A stretch of DNA of 64,000 bases from Eledone cirrhosa. Lineage: Eukaryota. Of this stretch, positions 23,825-38,029 are shown one piece after another (the first letter of the stretch is position 1; the number at the start of each line of letters is the position of its first letter). The stretch covers positions 233,430,001 to 233,494,000 of the forward strand of contig OZ024741.1 in assembly GCA_964016885.1 (NCBI GenBank), written 5' to 3'. Made by a program: the position numbers and the translations under genes. The notes below the pieces were generated by a model. That model saw nothing but the letters and a program-made list of their open reading frames with translations. It was not told the origin of the DNA and did not search any database.

Positions 23825-24480
23825 CATCACCAACAACAATTTTATGTTCATTTTTCCACGCTTGCATGGGTTGGACGGGTCCTTCTCAGCACAGCATCTC
23901 TCCACTCGCTATATTCCTTCATCATCTCCTCTGTGAGTCTTAGTATTTTGAAGTCAGCTCTCATCACCTCTGCCCAGGTCTTTCTTGGTCTACCTTTACT
24001 GTGGCTTCTTTCCACTGGCATTTCTTTACCCATCGATCATATGTCCATGTTAATGCAATCTTCTCTCCTGCACACCATCTCAGATTCCTCTTAAACCCAG
24101 CTTCTCCCTCAGCTCATTCAAGCTCTACTTTTCTTTCACACATTTCACATCCAACAAAACATGTTTGCTTTATTTCTCTCTAGTCTATGCATGCCCTCTG
24201 CAGTCACAGCCCATGTTTCACTACCATGAAGCATCACACTTCACATGCAGGCATCATACAGTCTTCCTTTTGTATGTAGGGAGAAACCTTTTGTTGTCAA
24301 CAGTGGGAGTAGCTTTCTAAACCTTTTCCATACTATTTTTATTCTCGCTATTATGCTCTCAGAGCATCATCCTCTGCTGTTAATTATGTCATCTAGATGG
24401 CAGAAACTATCAACGACTTCTATGGACCCTTCCTGTTACTTGAAAATGACACTCTTCCCCTCGATTATCCCTGTGAATCT
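23825..24480 (-). mobile_element. Decayed RTE LINE 3' fragment
   Basis: KGRPRKTWAEV, HGSETW and KGFSL traces. Confidence 0.85.
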
Positions 24481-26172
24481 TCTACTCTTCCTTAATATCT
24501 TGCAAATAAATAACATAGAACCAAGCAGAATATTAAAAATATTACTTACATTACATTAGTACTATATAGTTCTAATACAATCCTATATATGTATGTACAG
24601 CACTCCAGCATAGACTCCTTGTCTACTACAGATAGAGTTTTTGTTTTCCAGCTAGATAAACTGAGGCATATATGGTTATCTTTCTGCCAGTCACAGTGTA
24701 ACAACAGCTACATGGAGATATGAACTTTAGATATCTGCACAAATAAATCTTTGTCTACACAGACATTTCATGCACAAATATATATGCATATGCACACTCT
24801 TATGCATAATTGCTGTCATCATCCTTTTATGTCCATTTCTTTCATACTGTCATGATGGGGACAGGTGTGACAGAGTCTTTCAACACTTGTCTCAAGCCTT
24901 GAATATCTGAAGGGAACAGCACTCATATGTGCTGACACACACATTCCTGTGTTCTGGTGCACACATTCATGCATGTCATGCCAGCAAAATTCATGCATTC
25001 AATTTCTGGACAATGTTATTAAAACAGTGAAAATATATTATATATTCCTGGTGGGGAAAAAAGCCTTATATATACCATAGATACTCATATATAAGTCGCA
25101 CCTTCATTTTAGATACAGCGTTCATGTCTCAGTATTTGATTTGAATTGTATTTGATTTCTATTTTCATAGAAATGAAGTGCAACTGATACAAGAGTAGAT
25201 ACCATAGTTGAAAACTTAATGCAGAAACTTGCATTAAGTAAATCATGCAGGCACAGACATACAAACTGTGCCTTTAAGGTGTTGGTTCTCCAGGTGTCTT
25301 ATGTGTGTGGGGGGGTATCTCTACTCTCTCATAACATGTAGAGAAGTGGGGTGAGGGTGAGTGTAATGCTACTTAATGCTCATATGGTTCCTATGAATGA
25401 CTCAGCCCCTAATATACTCTCTCTCTCTCTCAATCTCTCCCCCACCATCTCTCTGTTTGTGTGTGTATCGTTATTTATTTCTGATACTTTTCCTATAAAA
25501 AAAAACATATATGCATATATATATATCCAATGACCTACACTCATTTTTATAGACATTTATAACAATATTTATACGCACTCATAAAATATATAGAAGAATG
25601 GGTGAGAGGGGCCTTGTTTTTAGGCTAACAAAAGTTGTGTGGAACTATTCATATTTATAAACATGCTTTGATTTTTTTTTTTTTAAATATTTTACAGATC
25701 AGATTTATCTAAAACTGAGAATTACTTGTAGTTGCTGATCAGTAAAGAAAATAAAAAATATCTATGACTGCTAATGGGTGTGATTTTGTAATCCACATTA
25801 CACACCGTATTTGTGCTGTGACAAGTGACTGACCTCTCCCTGCTCAACAGAATATTCTTAGTTAACCATTTTGATACCAAACTGCCTGAAACTACCCCTC
25901 ATTCAGTGATACAAAACTATTTATTTTAAAATGGTTATATTTATATAAAAGCCTTCCATTATATTTTTACCTAAGAAATTTTATTAAGTTAGTTTCCAGA
26001 CAGTAGCTTAATAATGAGACAGTTAGTTATACTAAATCCCTTTGAATTATTTGTATTATCTTCAAAATCAATTGAAACACATAAGCAGTATCATTGATGA
26101 ACTAAATATTCATTTTTTTCTCTTATTACACATGACAATGAATCCCCCTTTATATTTTCTTTATTTCTACAG

Positions 26173-26601
26173 ATGACAGACGATATGAAAAACATGGATC
26201 TAAATGACACCAACCTTCCACCACCACCACCTGAACTACTCCAACAACAGTTTCTCTATGGTACACTCCCAAGCACTGCTCAGCAACCACTTTTTGGCCA
26301 AATGGCTCATTCCAAAGGACAGGGTCATCTCTCCTATCGACCTGGTGCAGGACAGTTCTTCAATAAGCCCACTCAAAGAGCTAACTTCTATAATATCCCT
26401 GCATCAGAGACTCCAATTGTTGTTGAAAAACGATCAAAAGGACAGGCTGCACCTTTGCCCCCTACCAGTTTCAAGTTGAAAGCTGTGGATCAAGCAAATG
26501 CTGCACCACCTCCAGTACCAATCTCCAGCCAAGACCAGAAGCCTACTCTGGACGTAATGGACCAAAAAGTGCTGAAATCTGTTGATGACCATGCCATCCA
26601 G
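26173..26601 (+). CDS. Hillarin/KY/ltd-1-like gene, first visible coding exon (proline-rich N-terminus)
   Basis: Acceptor ttatttctacag|ATG and donor cag|gtaagt. 143 codons with PPPPP and PPPVP, ending LKSVDDHAIQ, which is typical of the segment preceding the transglutaminase-like domain. Confidence 0.88.
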
Positions 26602-26649
26602 GTAAGTCCTATTCAGCTGTTTACTTGCTTCTCTCTGGGTTGACCATGT

Positions 26650-26925
26650 CCTATGTAGCTCCCTTCTCTCTGGGGTAAATTTGTTACCCAGATACATCCT
26701 ATCTAGTTCCCTTCTGTCTGGAGTAACTATGTCACCCAAGTATACCTTATCTAGCTCCCTTCAGTCTGGAGTAACTGTGTTACCCAGATACATCCTATCT
26801 AGTTCCCTTCTGCCTGGATTGATTATGTCACCCAAGTATACCTTATGTACTTCCATTCTCTTTGGGGTAACTATGCCACTCAAGTATACCTTATCTAGTT
26901 CCCTTCTGTCTGGGGTAACTATCTT
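26650..26925. repeat. 48-bp minisatellite, ~6 copies, alternating A/B units
   Basis: c(c/t)tatctagttcccttctgtctgg(a/g)gtaactatgtcacccaagtatac is repeated. Units alternate ..cccagatacat and ..cccaagtatac. Confidence 0.9.
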
Positions 26926-27524
26926 CTCTCCAAGCATCCAGGCCCTCTCTAAGTTTAGCCTGCCAACAGAGGCAGTTACTGGAGTGTGGCTGAAAAAGGT
27001 ATCAAACAAATGTGAGAATTAGGTGAGAATCAGTCTACCTGTCCATGCTTAAGGATGTCACTGCCGGACATCAAGGTATTCTCTCTACCTAAACACATTG
27101 AGGATATAGGCCAGTGATAACTGCTAACTGTGAAAATGCTGAGAACATCACCCCAAAAACTGGCTGTACCAGTTGCTGGAACTTGATTGATTGATTAACA
27201 AACTACCTCAGTAGAGCAGAAGGAGGACAGATGCAAATTTAAGAGTTTTAACATTGATACTGAAGTTTCCTCCCACTCTCACTTTGCTGAATTATGTCTA
27301 TGTAGTTATTATTAATACTGTGGTCATCAATACACAGCAGTTTGATTATTTCATTGAAAAAGCTAGGTTTCAATTATTTTCCTCTGTTTACTCCTCTATT
27401 TATCTATCTATCCATCTATCTACCTCTTTATCTATCTGCATGTCTCTCTCTCTCTCTCATTCTCTCTCTTTCTCTCTCTCTCTATATATACATGTGTATG
27501 TGTGTGTCTATATATATATATCTG

Positions 27525-27557
<33 letters not shown>

Positions 27558-27754
27558 GCTTCTTTATATATATATATATATATATAAAGAGAGAAAATGA
27601 GAGAGATTGATAGTTGGATAAATAAATAGATGGGTCGATATATATATATATCGACCCATCTATTTATTTATCCACCTATCAATCTCTCTCATTTTATTTC
27701 TCTTTTTTCTTCATTTTCTGGTCACACTAACCTGTTACTATGTTCCCTCAACAG

Positions 27755-27843
27755 GTATCCAAGAGTAGCCATGACAGCTTCAAGGATCTCGTCTGGGATA
27801 TGATATTCAGCAAGAACATCACCAATGAGTTGGAAAAAGTCAG
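27755..27843 (+). CDS. Hillarin/KY-like gene exon 2
   Basis: caacag|GTA ... AG|gtatgt. Translates VSKSSHDSFKDLVWDMIFSKNITNELEKV(R), and phases fit the neighbouring exons. Confidence 0.9.
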
Positions 27844-28049
27844 GTATGTCAGCCACAATCTCTGCTCTGTCACCCACAAACACACACCATCCTTGCCACC
27901 ACCATTTATTCTCAGGTGGTACCTCTGCAAGAACCTTCACCTAAAGTATTTTCTTAGCCTACACTACACTCATCTGTACTCTACTACATCAGATCTTTAA
28001 TTCAATCATTCCCTTAGACAGTCATATGACTGACACATTGCACCACACT

Positions 28050-30930
28050 CATCATCATCATCATCATCATTGTTTTTACATCAACTTTTCCATGCCTGCA
28101 TGTGTTGGACACGGCATCTCTTCACTTGTCACGTTCCTTCGTAATCTCCTCTGCCAGTCTTAGCGATTTGAGGTCAGCTCTCACAACCTCTGCCCAGGTC
28201 TTTCTTGGTTACCCTCTACTGCGGCTTCCTTCCACTAGGATTTCCTGGCATTTCTTAACCCATTGGTCATTGTCCATGCGCATCACATGTCCATACCAAT
28301 GCAGTCTTCTCTCCTGCACACCATCTCGGATTCCTCTTAAACCCAGCTTCTCCCTTAGCTTGTCCAAGCTCTGCCTTTCTCTCACATTACATTGCACATC
28401 CAACGAAACATGGTTGCTTCATTTCTCTCCAATCTATGCATATTCTCTGCTGTTACAGCCCATGTTTCACTACCATGCAGCATCGCGCACCAACATCATA
28501 CAGCCTTCCTTTTGTACGTAGGGAGAAACCTTTTGTTGTCAGCAATAGGAGTAGTTCTCTAAACTTATTCCATCCTATCCTTATTCTAGCTATTATACTC
28601 TTGGTGCACCTTCCTCTGCTGCTAATTAGGTCACCTAGAGGGCAGAAGCTATCAACCACGTCTATGGATCCTTCCTGTGACTGCAAAGTTCTCCCTTCCT
28701 GTTAATCTACTTGTTATACCACTACATCTTTTGTGTACCCAAAATTTACATTGTGTACATTGTGTACATTGTATGGAGTTTATGCCTACTCCTTTTCTGC
28801 ATATTGAGCAGGGCCACTTCCCTGAGGGAATCTGGGTCCTATCTTCTCTCCTACTCACTAACACTTTAGTTTTGGCTAAGTTTACTCTGACCTTTTGATT
28901 CCAAATTCAGTTTCCATAATTGGAATTTATTTTCTAGTCCTTCTTTGGTTTCAGCTATAAGGATCAAACCATCTGCATAGAGAAGTTCCCATGAGCAGCC
29001 CGTTTTAAACTCTTCTGTTATGGCCTGAAGAACTATGATGAACAGCAGTGGGCTAAGAACTGAACCTTGAACTCCTACGTGTACATTGATTTCCTCTCTA
29101 AACTCATTTCCTACACACACTTTACTGACAGCTCCTTGTACATAGCTTGCCCTGCTCTCACAAGTCATTCTTTTACACCTAATTTCCTTAAATACCACCA
29201 GATAATAGATCAAGGTACTCTGTCAAAGGCCTTCTCTAGATCAACAAAAGCTAAATATAGTGACTTATTTTTGGCTAGGAACTTGTTGTTGCCTCACTAA
29301 GAAGAAGGAATCTGTAGTACTTTTCACAGGCATGAAACCAAACTACATATCTATTTTGACTTTTTCCCTAATAAGCTGCACTATAACTCTTTCTGTCATT
29401 CATAACTTGGTCCATTAGTTTTATTCTATCATTGCTCCTTTCTAGAGCATCACCTTTGCCCTTATAGCAATTTATGATTGTACTGCTGTGCCAGTCATCA
29501 TGTATTACTTGATTTACTATACAGGTTACTATTTTGACTCCTACCTCTCCCGATGCTTTTAGCGGCTCAGCAACTATTTCTAATGGTCCCACAGCTTTAC
29601 CATTTTTCATCTCCTTGATTGCGTCTTTGACCCTAGAACTATCAATTTCAATAGCAGGTCCTTCCTTTGGGTAAGTTGAGGGTAGATTCATCAATCTCTC
29701 ATAGTAATATTTCCAGGCCTCTTTCTTTTGGGCATCAGTGGTGCTAAGTACACCAGCGTCATTTCTAACATATTTTTCCCCAACATCTTGGTTCACACTA
29801 ACACACTGCCTTGCAATACAGAACACTTCACACGTCTGATCCTCATGTCTCAAGACATTGGCAAATTTATTTTCTTCAGCCTCTCTCCGAGCTGTGTATA
29901 CCTGTCACCTAGCTTCTTTCTTAGCTTCTTGGTACCAGTCTCTGCTACCCCCATTTTCCAGTCTTTCCATGCCTGTTTCTTGGCTTTAATGGCTGCATCT
30001 ACTGTGCTGTTCTACCACCAGGTCAACCTGTCTGGCTGGTGCTTTGCTCCAACCGCAAGTCTCACCAGGAGTTTACAAAAAGTTGTTGCGTAAGAATTTC
30101 CAGTTATCCTCTGCGTTATATGTATCTAGCTCATCATCCTGTAAGACCTTTCTAAACCTATAGTTAACCAAGAGGTCCTTTAGCATCTACACCCTCTGTC
30201 TCCATATTTTCCTGCGTGCCTTGTTCTATCTTGTGTTTATTTTGATGTCACTAATAACTAACTTGTGCTGGGGGGGTGCATTCTTCCCCAGGGAAGGCCT
30301 TAGTATTTATTAGAGTTTGTTTGTCTTGTTGTCTAACAAGTAAGTAATCACTTTGGCTTCTGTGTTTACTTGATTGATATTAAATCGAGTGTATGGCTGG
30401 TTTTCTGAAATTTGTGTTGCAGATGGTTAGTTCATTTGCATCACAGAATTCCAGGAGTCCCAGCCCCTCTTCATTCCTTGAGCCATAACCATAGCTGCCA
30501 TGAACTCCACTGAATCCATCCTGGTACTGTCCCATATGTCCATTGAAGTCGCCTGCCAGGATAATGAGGTCTTTTTCCTCATAGAACCTGTCCTTTTGTT
30601 GTTTACCCAGTCCTGCCCATGGAACATAGGTATATGTGATTGTCACCAGTCTATTTCCTACAATTAATCTAAGCTTGATAATTCTGTCACTCTATCCATT
30701 TCTCAACTAGTAGGATGCCTACACCTACCCCATTGTCATTTCCTACCCAGTAGAGTTTATATCTAAGTTGCTTGCCTGTGATTAGTCTCTCTGAGGCACC
30801 GCTCCATCTCACTTCTTGTACACAGCATACATCTACTTCTCTTCTCTGTAACAGTTCAACAATTTCAGGGTACCAACATTGAAGGTGGCAGTCCTGGAAT
30901 TTGACCCTTGATAGTTGTTGTTACTTCTTT
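28050..30930 (-). mobile_element. Near-full-length decayed RTE LINE in intron 2 (antisense to the host gene)
   Basis: Frameshifted APE (GDFNGHMG), RT (QGSVLSPLLF, LLYADG) and PHD (CSICRKGVG) pieces, with a (CAT)n tail. Confidence 0.95.
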
Positions 30931-31249
30931 GGCTTGAGGTTCTATGTACCTATGGAAGCAAATTGTCAGAATCTTTAGAGGGCCACATAAAATGCCTTGT
31001 GGTATTTGTTTCAGTTCCCTGCACCCTTTCAAATACTGCCAACATCAACTGTACATTTCATTTTTTCAGGGTTAATAAAGTACCAGTCACAGTCAAGTAT
31101 GGAGGTTAACACACACACCCCTCTCTCCCCCCCCCCCCCTCTCTCTCTCTCAGACATGGTGCACTGCCAGCTTTAAGATGCCTAAGTCAGGCTGCAACAC
31201 TGTCTTCTCAATCAACAAGCAACTTTAATACTCCTTGTATCTGTATATA

Positions 31250-31520
31250 TCACACTCTACACCACTCCCACATAACATGTACTCTATATTTCACACCCTA
31301 CACCACCCCCACATAACATGTACTCTATATTTCACACCCTACACCACCTCCACATAGCATGTACTGTATATATATTTCTATATATTTCACATCCTACACC
31401 ACCACCACCCACATAACATGTAGTATCTATATATATATATAGCACACCCTACACCACCACCACCACCGCATAACATGTCCACCCTCTTCAATGTCACACC
31501 CCACATAACATGAGCCTTCC
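31250..31520. repeat. Degenerate ~40-bp tandem repeat
   Basis: cacaccctacaccacccccacataacatgtactctatattt is repeated about five times. Confidence 0.7.
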
Positions 31521-31791
31521 TTTCAGTGTCACACCCTACACCCCTCTCTTTCTCTCTCTGCCACATCCACTTTCCCACCAACACAAAACATCCACAGTCA
31601 TGCTATACAACCACCACTACCACTGCGCTACTGCAACTAATACCACCACACTATTGCCATTAATACTTTCACCACCACACTACTGCCACTTGTACCACTA
31701 CCACCACCACTTTACTGCCAGTCATACCACCACCACCCTCCTACTGTCACTCATACCACAACCACTACTACACTATTGTTTCTCTTTCCAG

Positions 31792-31932
31792 AATCGTGTT
31801 CCGGTGGTTAGCCTCAAAAGACTTGAGCGCATTCAACTTCCAAAATGCTGAACCCAACAGTCCTGAAGAAATCCTTATGGGCTTGAAGACAGGGAGAACC
31901 ACCTATGCTATGGTCTTTGATATCCTCTGCAG
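31792..31932 (+). CDS. Hillarin/KY-like gene exon 3
   Basis: tctttccag|A ... AG|gtaact, 141 nt. Translates (R)IVFRWLASKDLSAFNFQNAEPNSPEEILMGLKTGRTTYAMVFDILC(R). Confidence 0.92.
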
Positions 31933-32086
31933 GTAACTATATTATTATCTTTTTATTTCATCTTTCTACATATATCTATCAGAGAGCTATATTATATATT
32001 TTTGTTTTATTCCTCTACATATGTCTATCATATAGCTATGTTATATATTTTTATTTGATCTCTCTGTATATGTCCTCTTTATCATT

Positions 32087-32187
<101 letters not shown>

Positions 32188-32299
32188 ACATCTCATTATC
32201 ATCATCAATTTCATGTCAACTTTTCCATGCTAGCATGGGTTGGACAAGACTTTTTGGAGATAATATTCTGTGTGTGCATATATATATATATGTTTCGGC

Positions 32300-32597
32300 C
32301 GTGGATGGCTAACATACAACATCCAGGCCGAAACAAATGAGATCGTGTAGGTGTCACGACAAAAAAAACACACAGTCCAAGCTGTAATGTGGCCGTGTAG
32401 GCAACACGGTAAAAACCTCCCAGCCCCACACTGTAAATGTGGTTGGTGTTAGGAAGGGCATCCAACTGTAGAAAACCTGCCAGACAGTCCTATGCGAGCA
32501 AGACAATCACTCTTGCCTCAAGTGGGAAAACTCCCGTCCAAACCCATGCAAGCGTGGAAGATGGACGTTAAACGATGATGATGATGATGATGATGAT
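32300..32597 (+). mobile_element. RTE 3' UTR fragment
   Basis: Near-identical to 61975-62260, with a (GAT)n tail. Confidence 0.9.
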
Positions 32598-32961
32598 TTT
32601 ATGAGTAAGTGATGAGCCTTGTTATTCTGGTGTAACTTAGCTGTTATAAAGAATATTTTACTTTACTTCAGTATTGAGTACTCATTCTCACATCTGTCAA
32701 CATCACATGTATATGTATAGATATATATATATAAATATAATGATCTTTCTTACATTATTCGCCCACAAAGCATTGGTCAGCCTCTGACACTTGCCCAGTG
32801 TGCCACACTGTGACACAAGTCTTGTGGTTACAAAGAAAATTTCTTCAGTGTGTTTCTAACATCTTTCTCAATTACCTCTCTCTCTCTCATATTATTATAT
32901 GTCTGTTTGATTTATCTCTCCGCGCCCCCTCTCATCTCTTCCTCTTTATCTATTCTAACAG

Positions 32962-34696
32962 GTATGCAGGTATCCACAGTCAAATTATCAGTGGGTTTGC
33001 CAAGGGAGCCGACTATCGTCCTGGCCAGAAGTTTACTCGAGGCAGCAACCAGCACTCGTGGAACGCAGTTCACATCTACGGCCACTGGTGCCTCATCGAC
33101 TGCCACTGGGCAGCGCGGCGCATAATCGGCAAACAATCGAGTACACAGTCGAGTGATGAAGAGGACTTCCTTTACTCCTTGGATGAATATTTCTTCTTGA
33201 CAAATCCTCATCAACTCAAGTTTACTCACTTCCCTGACGACCCCAAGTGGCAGCTGTTGGAACAGCCTGTCACCTTGGAAGAATTTGAGAATCAACCACA
33301 CATGAAGCCTCAGTTCTTCAAGTATGAACTGGAATTTATCAGTAACACAACAGCCGTCATTAACGCACGAGGCGAACTGAACATTCGTCTAACCTATCCT
33401 CACCAGCGACGACCTCTAGCCTTCAACTTCAGCATCCAGTTTGAAGATGGCAGAGAAGAGTACAAGGGCATTAAGATTAACCGCTATGGCATGCAAGAAA
33501 GCAGCAATGGTATCACATCATTCCGCCTTCGATTGCCTGTAACTGGTTCATATGTCTTGTACATATATGCCAAGGAAGACACCCCTGAAAACAAGGACAA
33601 TGTCTATGCCCAGGTGTGCGAATACAAAATCATCCAAGAAACAGTAGCATCACCAGAGCCTGCACCTTTCCCACCGTGCAGCTACCTCACCTGGGGTACT
33701 GGCTCAGCTTTCCAGAAATACGGACTGTCAACTTTCCAGCAAACAGCCTGTATAGTTTCCCGTGAAGGAAAGGCTGAACTACAAATTCGCATGCCAGAAC
33801 AGAATAGGCAGTTTATGGCAAAGTTAAAGTCTAATGAGCACAGCGATGATGATCTAGAGGGTTACATCATTGACCAAATAGTTGGCCGTACAGCTTACTT
33901 TAAAATCGCTTTGCCTGGCCGAGGGGAATATGGTTTGGAGATTTATGCTAATGATCCATCTTTAGAAGGCATGACCCTCTACCATATTGCACAATATCTA
34001 ATCATCTGCAATGAAGATGTCAAAGCCCTTCAACTACCCAAACTTCCCCCCGGTTACCTCGGTCCCCAACAGAAATTTGAGGAATTTGGCCTTCGTGCAA
34101 TAAGCCATACGAATAAAGTCATTAAACTAGAAGGCAACTTTGTTGAAATTAAATTAGCTACTGCTGAGCCAATGAGAGTTACAGCTAATTTGATCTCTGT
34201 GGAGGAGAATAAGGAATATGCTGAGTGTGTCTTTACCCAGTCCGAAGGTAATACTGTTAGCTTTTTGGTACTGCTGTCCAAAACTGGCTTCTTCAAACTT
34301 CAGCTCTATGCATTGCCATGTCGAGATACAAGCCAGCAGCTACCAGGTATTTACAACTATCTGGTACATGTCCCTGCCATTGTAAAGCAACCACATCCTT
34401 TCCCCAAGCAATATGCACAATGGAAAGAAGGTTGTTACATGTGGGATCCACTGGTGCTTGGTCCTTATGCTGAGCAAAATATCCCGACTGTCAGCTTTAA
34501 GGTTTCCATACCTTCCGCTAATGCTGTTGCTGTTGTTGCAGACCAGGACTGGACAACTTTAGAGAAGAAAAACAATGTCTGGGAAGGTACAGTCGAACTG
34601 GGCAAATACTGGGGTACAAATACTCGAGTAACACTTAATGCAAATCTGGGTGGTGACGCAAGTAGTTTTGCGACACTTCTGGAGTATTCCGTTTAA
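32962..34696 (+). CDS. Hillarin/KY-like gene last exon: transglutaminase-like core plus C-terminal beta-rich repeats
   Basis: ctaacag|G acceptor. Motifs YAGIH..ISGFAKGADYRPG..HSWNAV..WCLIDCHWAAR..DEYFFLTNP..HFPDDPKWQLL, repeated G.Y.L.IYA modules, ending LLEYSV*. The spliced CDS is 2394 nt (797 aa). Confidence 0.95.
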
Positions 34697-36772
34697 TCGC
34701 TTCTGAAAAAAACTGCTTCTAGGATGGAGTGAGATGGAAGTGGCTGTTCATTACAGTGCACCTCTCCCTGCGCACTCCCTATTCACAATCCTTTGAATGT
34801 TGCTTATTTTTGCTAGTAGATGCTAAATATACTAGGGCAAAATAACAAACAGAAAACTAGATCTGAGAAAAAGACAACAAGTTAGTTGAGTAAGTGGATA
34901 CTACATCTACAAAGAAGAGAATTCATTGATAGAAATACTGATTGTGGTGGGAAAGCTTTTGAGTCTGTCTTACCTCTTTGTTTATTTTTTCCCAGATCAC
35001 CTTACTTTTTTGACAAAGTGACTGAGCCAGGCTTATCTTTCTCACCCTCATACCAGTATAGTGTAATTCTGTGTGTGAGTGAGTTAAAAGGTTACAGAGA
35101 CATGGTTTGGGGTTGATGTAGTAGTATACAGCAAAATAATTCAGGAAAGTTAGTTTGCACTTATCCTGGCAATTAACCTTTGCACCACTCCCTTAATATC
35201 ATTCTACTCCCCTCCCCCTCCTTTTCATGACCTTGTAGTGGACCAGAGAGATGGCAAATATATACTCTCCAGTCATCATCTGTCACTGATGTTTCACATT
35301 AGACTGGCTTCAAAACTGAACACTCCAATTTGGATTCTGTTCCTCCTACTTATCCCTCTATTGTCAGCCATCCCCATTCTTACATATGAACCTGCTATAA
35401 CTAGCTGTCTTGTTTCCTATATAGTTCTTGCCTACACCTCTCTTAGTCTATGGGGTTTCTATAGGAAAACCCTATAGCTTTCAATAATAGTTTAAGGGCT
35501 CCTCTAGGAGACCCTATACACTACAATATGTTGTAAGTTTATATTATATATTTTTATATTTCAATTTTTTTTCATGAGTTTAAATAAAATGTTGCCATTT
35601 TAAAAAAATTAATTTCCTGAAGCGTTAGGTCTGTGACTGTCAAGTTATTTACTATCCTTCTTGCATATATATATATATACACACATACATACCAGACAGA
35701 CATATACATACATTCATACTCACACACAGACTAAACACACCATACTATCCATAGCTTGTTGTCCATGATTTTGTGCCTTTTAATTCCTTCCAACATGTCA
35801 TGATAGGTTAAGAATGGAAGAGACTGTGCATCATCTAACCAACTACATTCAAACTCCATGGTGTAAAGATATTTTGAGAATAAGCCAGTCGTTATAAAAC
35901 ATTGTTGTCCTTTGCCTCAGTTTTTTTGCCTGCTAGTGGTAATAACCAATTCTATCCAACATGTAGAAATGAAGTTTATCTTTGAATAAACATTGCCGAA
36001 CTAAATACTGATAGAGTAGCATGCCCTGACTCTGCAATACCAACCCCTCACCAATGGAGGAGTTAAGTGGATGAAATACCTTGTTTACACCCAAATTTAA
36101 TATTTTTATTGGCTTGCAATAACTACACCAAGATCTTATGTAATTTCAGTTATCAGTTCTTGTATGCGTACATGTATGTGTACACATATCTACACTCACA
36201 CACGTGCACACCCGTCCTGAAATGAACTCTTTTCCCAGTGATTTCAATTTGTTTACATTTTTTAGTGCAACATTTGTCACTGAAAATTCTCCAGTTTGGA
36301 GTGCAAGTCAAAATAATCTATTTACACACACCTCCATGTATGTAGGATGTGTACATATACTTGTAAATGTATATAGAATATGTACATATGATTGTATAGT
36401 CCCCAATATCTTTAGAATATTGTCCAAACCTTCCTGCCATCCCTGGCACTCCAAGCTGTTACTATTTGCCTTATCTTTATTTAACATACTGATCTGCTGT
36501 CTTGGTTGATCACCAAATCTGTCCCTCTGTCCACCATCCTTAAAGGGGTGCTCACACCACTCCTCATTTACTGCAAGTCACAGTAAACTATAAAAAAACA
36601 ATCTAAGCAATAAGCAATACAAGAAACACGCTCTAAGTGAATGTGTCCTAACTTGAACCTCTTTTCCAAATCCTACTACAATTATGAAAAGTGATCACTC
36701 CATCTCAAGGTTCCAAAATTTTTGTCAACCTCCGGCCATTTTTTTTTTTATTTCTAGCACATCCGCATACAA

Positions 36773-36826
<54 letters not shown>

Positions 36827-37318
36827 TTGCAACACTAACAACAATTATTCAGTCAAGCAATATTTAGATTATTTTGGGTGGAGTTTTGTTGTTCTTTTTT
36901 AAGGATCTCTTTTGTTTGTTATTTTGTTAACATATTCTCTCCTCAACTTCTCACCCTCCCCCATTCCATACATAGTGTGTTTAGTGCAAGGAAGGAGGTG
37001 TTGTTATTAGGAAATTTTTAGACTGTGAACTGCAAGCTTATGCCTTATTGTATACACAAAGTATTTTGTTAAAAAAAAGTCTGCAGCCATCCCCAGCATG
37101 ACAGTAAATATCAACTCCTTACCTTTGCACACCATCTGAACAACACTTCTTATTTTATCTTCTACACCTTTGTATGTCTCTCTCTCTCTGTCTGTCTTTC
37201 CCTCTCTGCTTTTATATATACACACATTATATATATATAATGTGTAACAATTAAATCTATATATTAAATGGCACCAGAGCCCTAATACTTGTTATATTTC
37301 TATAAGGTTTAAAGACCC

Positions 37319-37378
<60 letters not shown>

Positions 37379-38029
37379 AACTTTCCTTTGCCAATATTAT
37401 ATTTTGCCTATTCTCACCCAAACTTTAGCTGCATCCAGTTTGGGTTCTAAATTTTAATATCAAATAAATAAAAAATTACAAAGAAAAATTATAAAGGCTG
37501 AAAAAAAATGTAATATCTAAAAATAATCTAATTTCATTTCTATCTTTTTATTAATTATATTATTATTTTTTCTTTAATGAATAAAGTTTCTCGCTTTTTA
37601 TATTGTCATTACTTGTAGTTTTTTCTTTGTGTTGTTATAACTGAGTATTTTTTGGTTAGCATTGCTGCTTTGAATTGAAAACCAAACTCCAGCTGTTTAT
37701 AGCTCTGAATAATGTCTGCCTAGTCATGCTAACTAATTTACAGCTAGATGGTCAAGGTCATTGAAACTTGTCTTGGACATGAACACATCATTATTATATA
37801 TTTTACACCTGTTTTTCCATGTTGGACATCTCGTTTACAGACCATATCAGCATTTAATTGGAACTACTATACTCCTAGAGAAGTTGAGAGACAGCATTTT
37901 ACATTTTGGCACAGTTTCTACAGATGGATGCCCTTTCCAATAACAACTACTTTAAAGAGTGTACTAGATGCATTTTATCGTGGCACCAGCACTGGAAAGG
38001 TTGTCTTGTCTTTGATGCAACTGAACAAT

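Noticed and set aside
32798-32961. N-terminal 55 aa of the 632-aa ORF
   Set aside because: Intronic read-through containing a (CT)n tract. The acceptor at 32961 joins exon 3 in phase.
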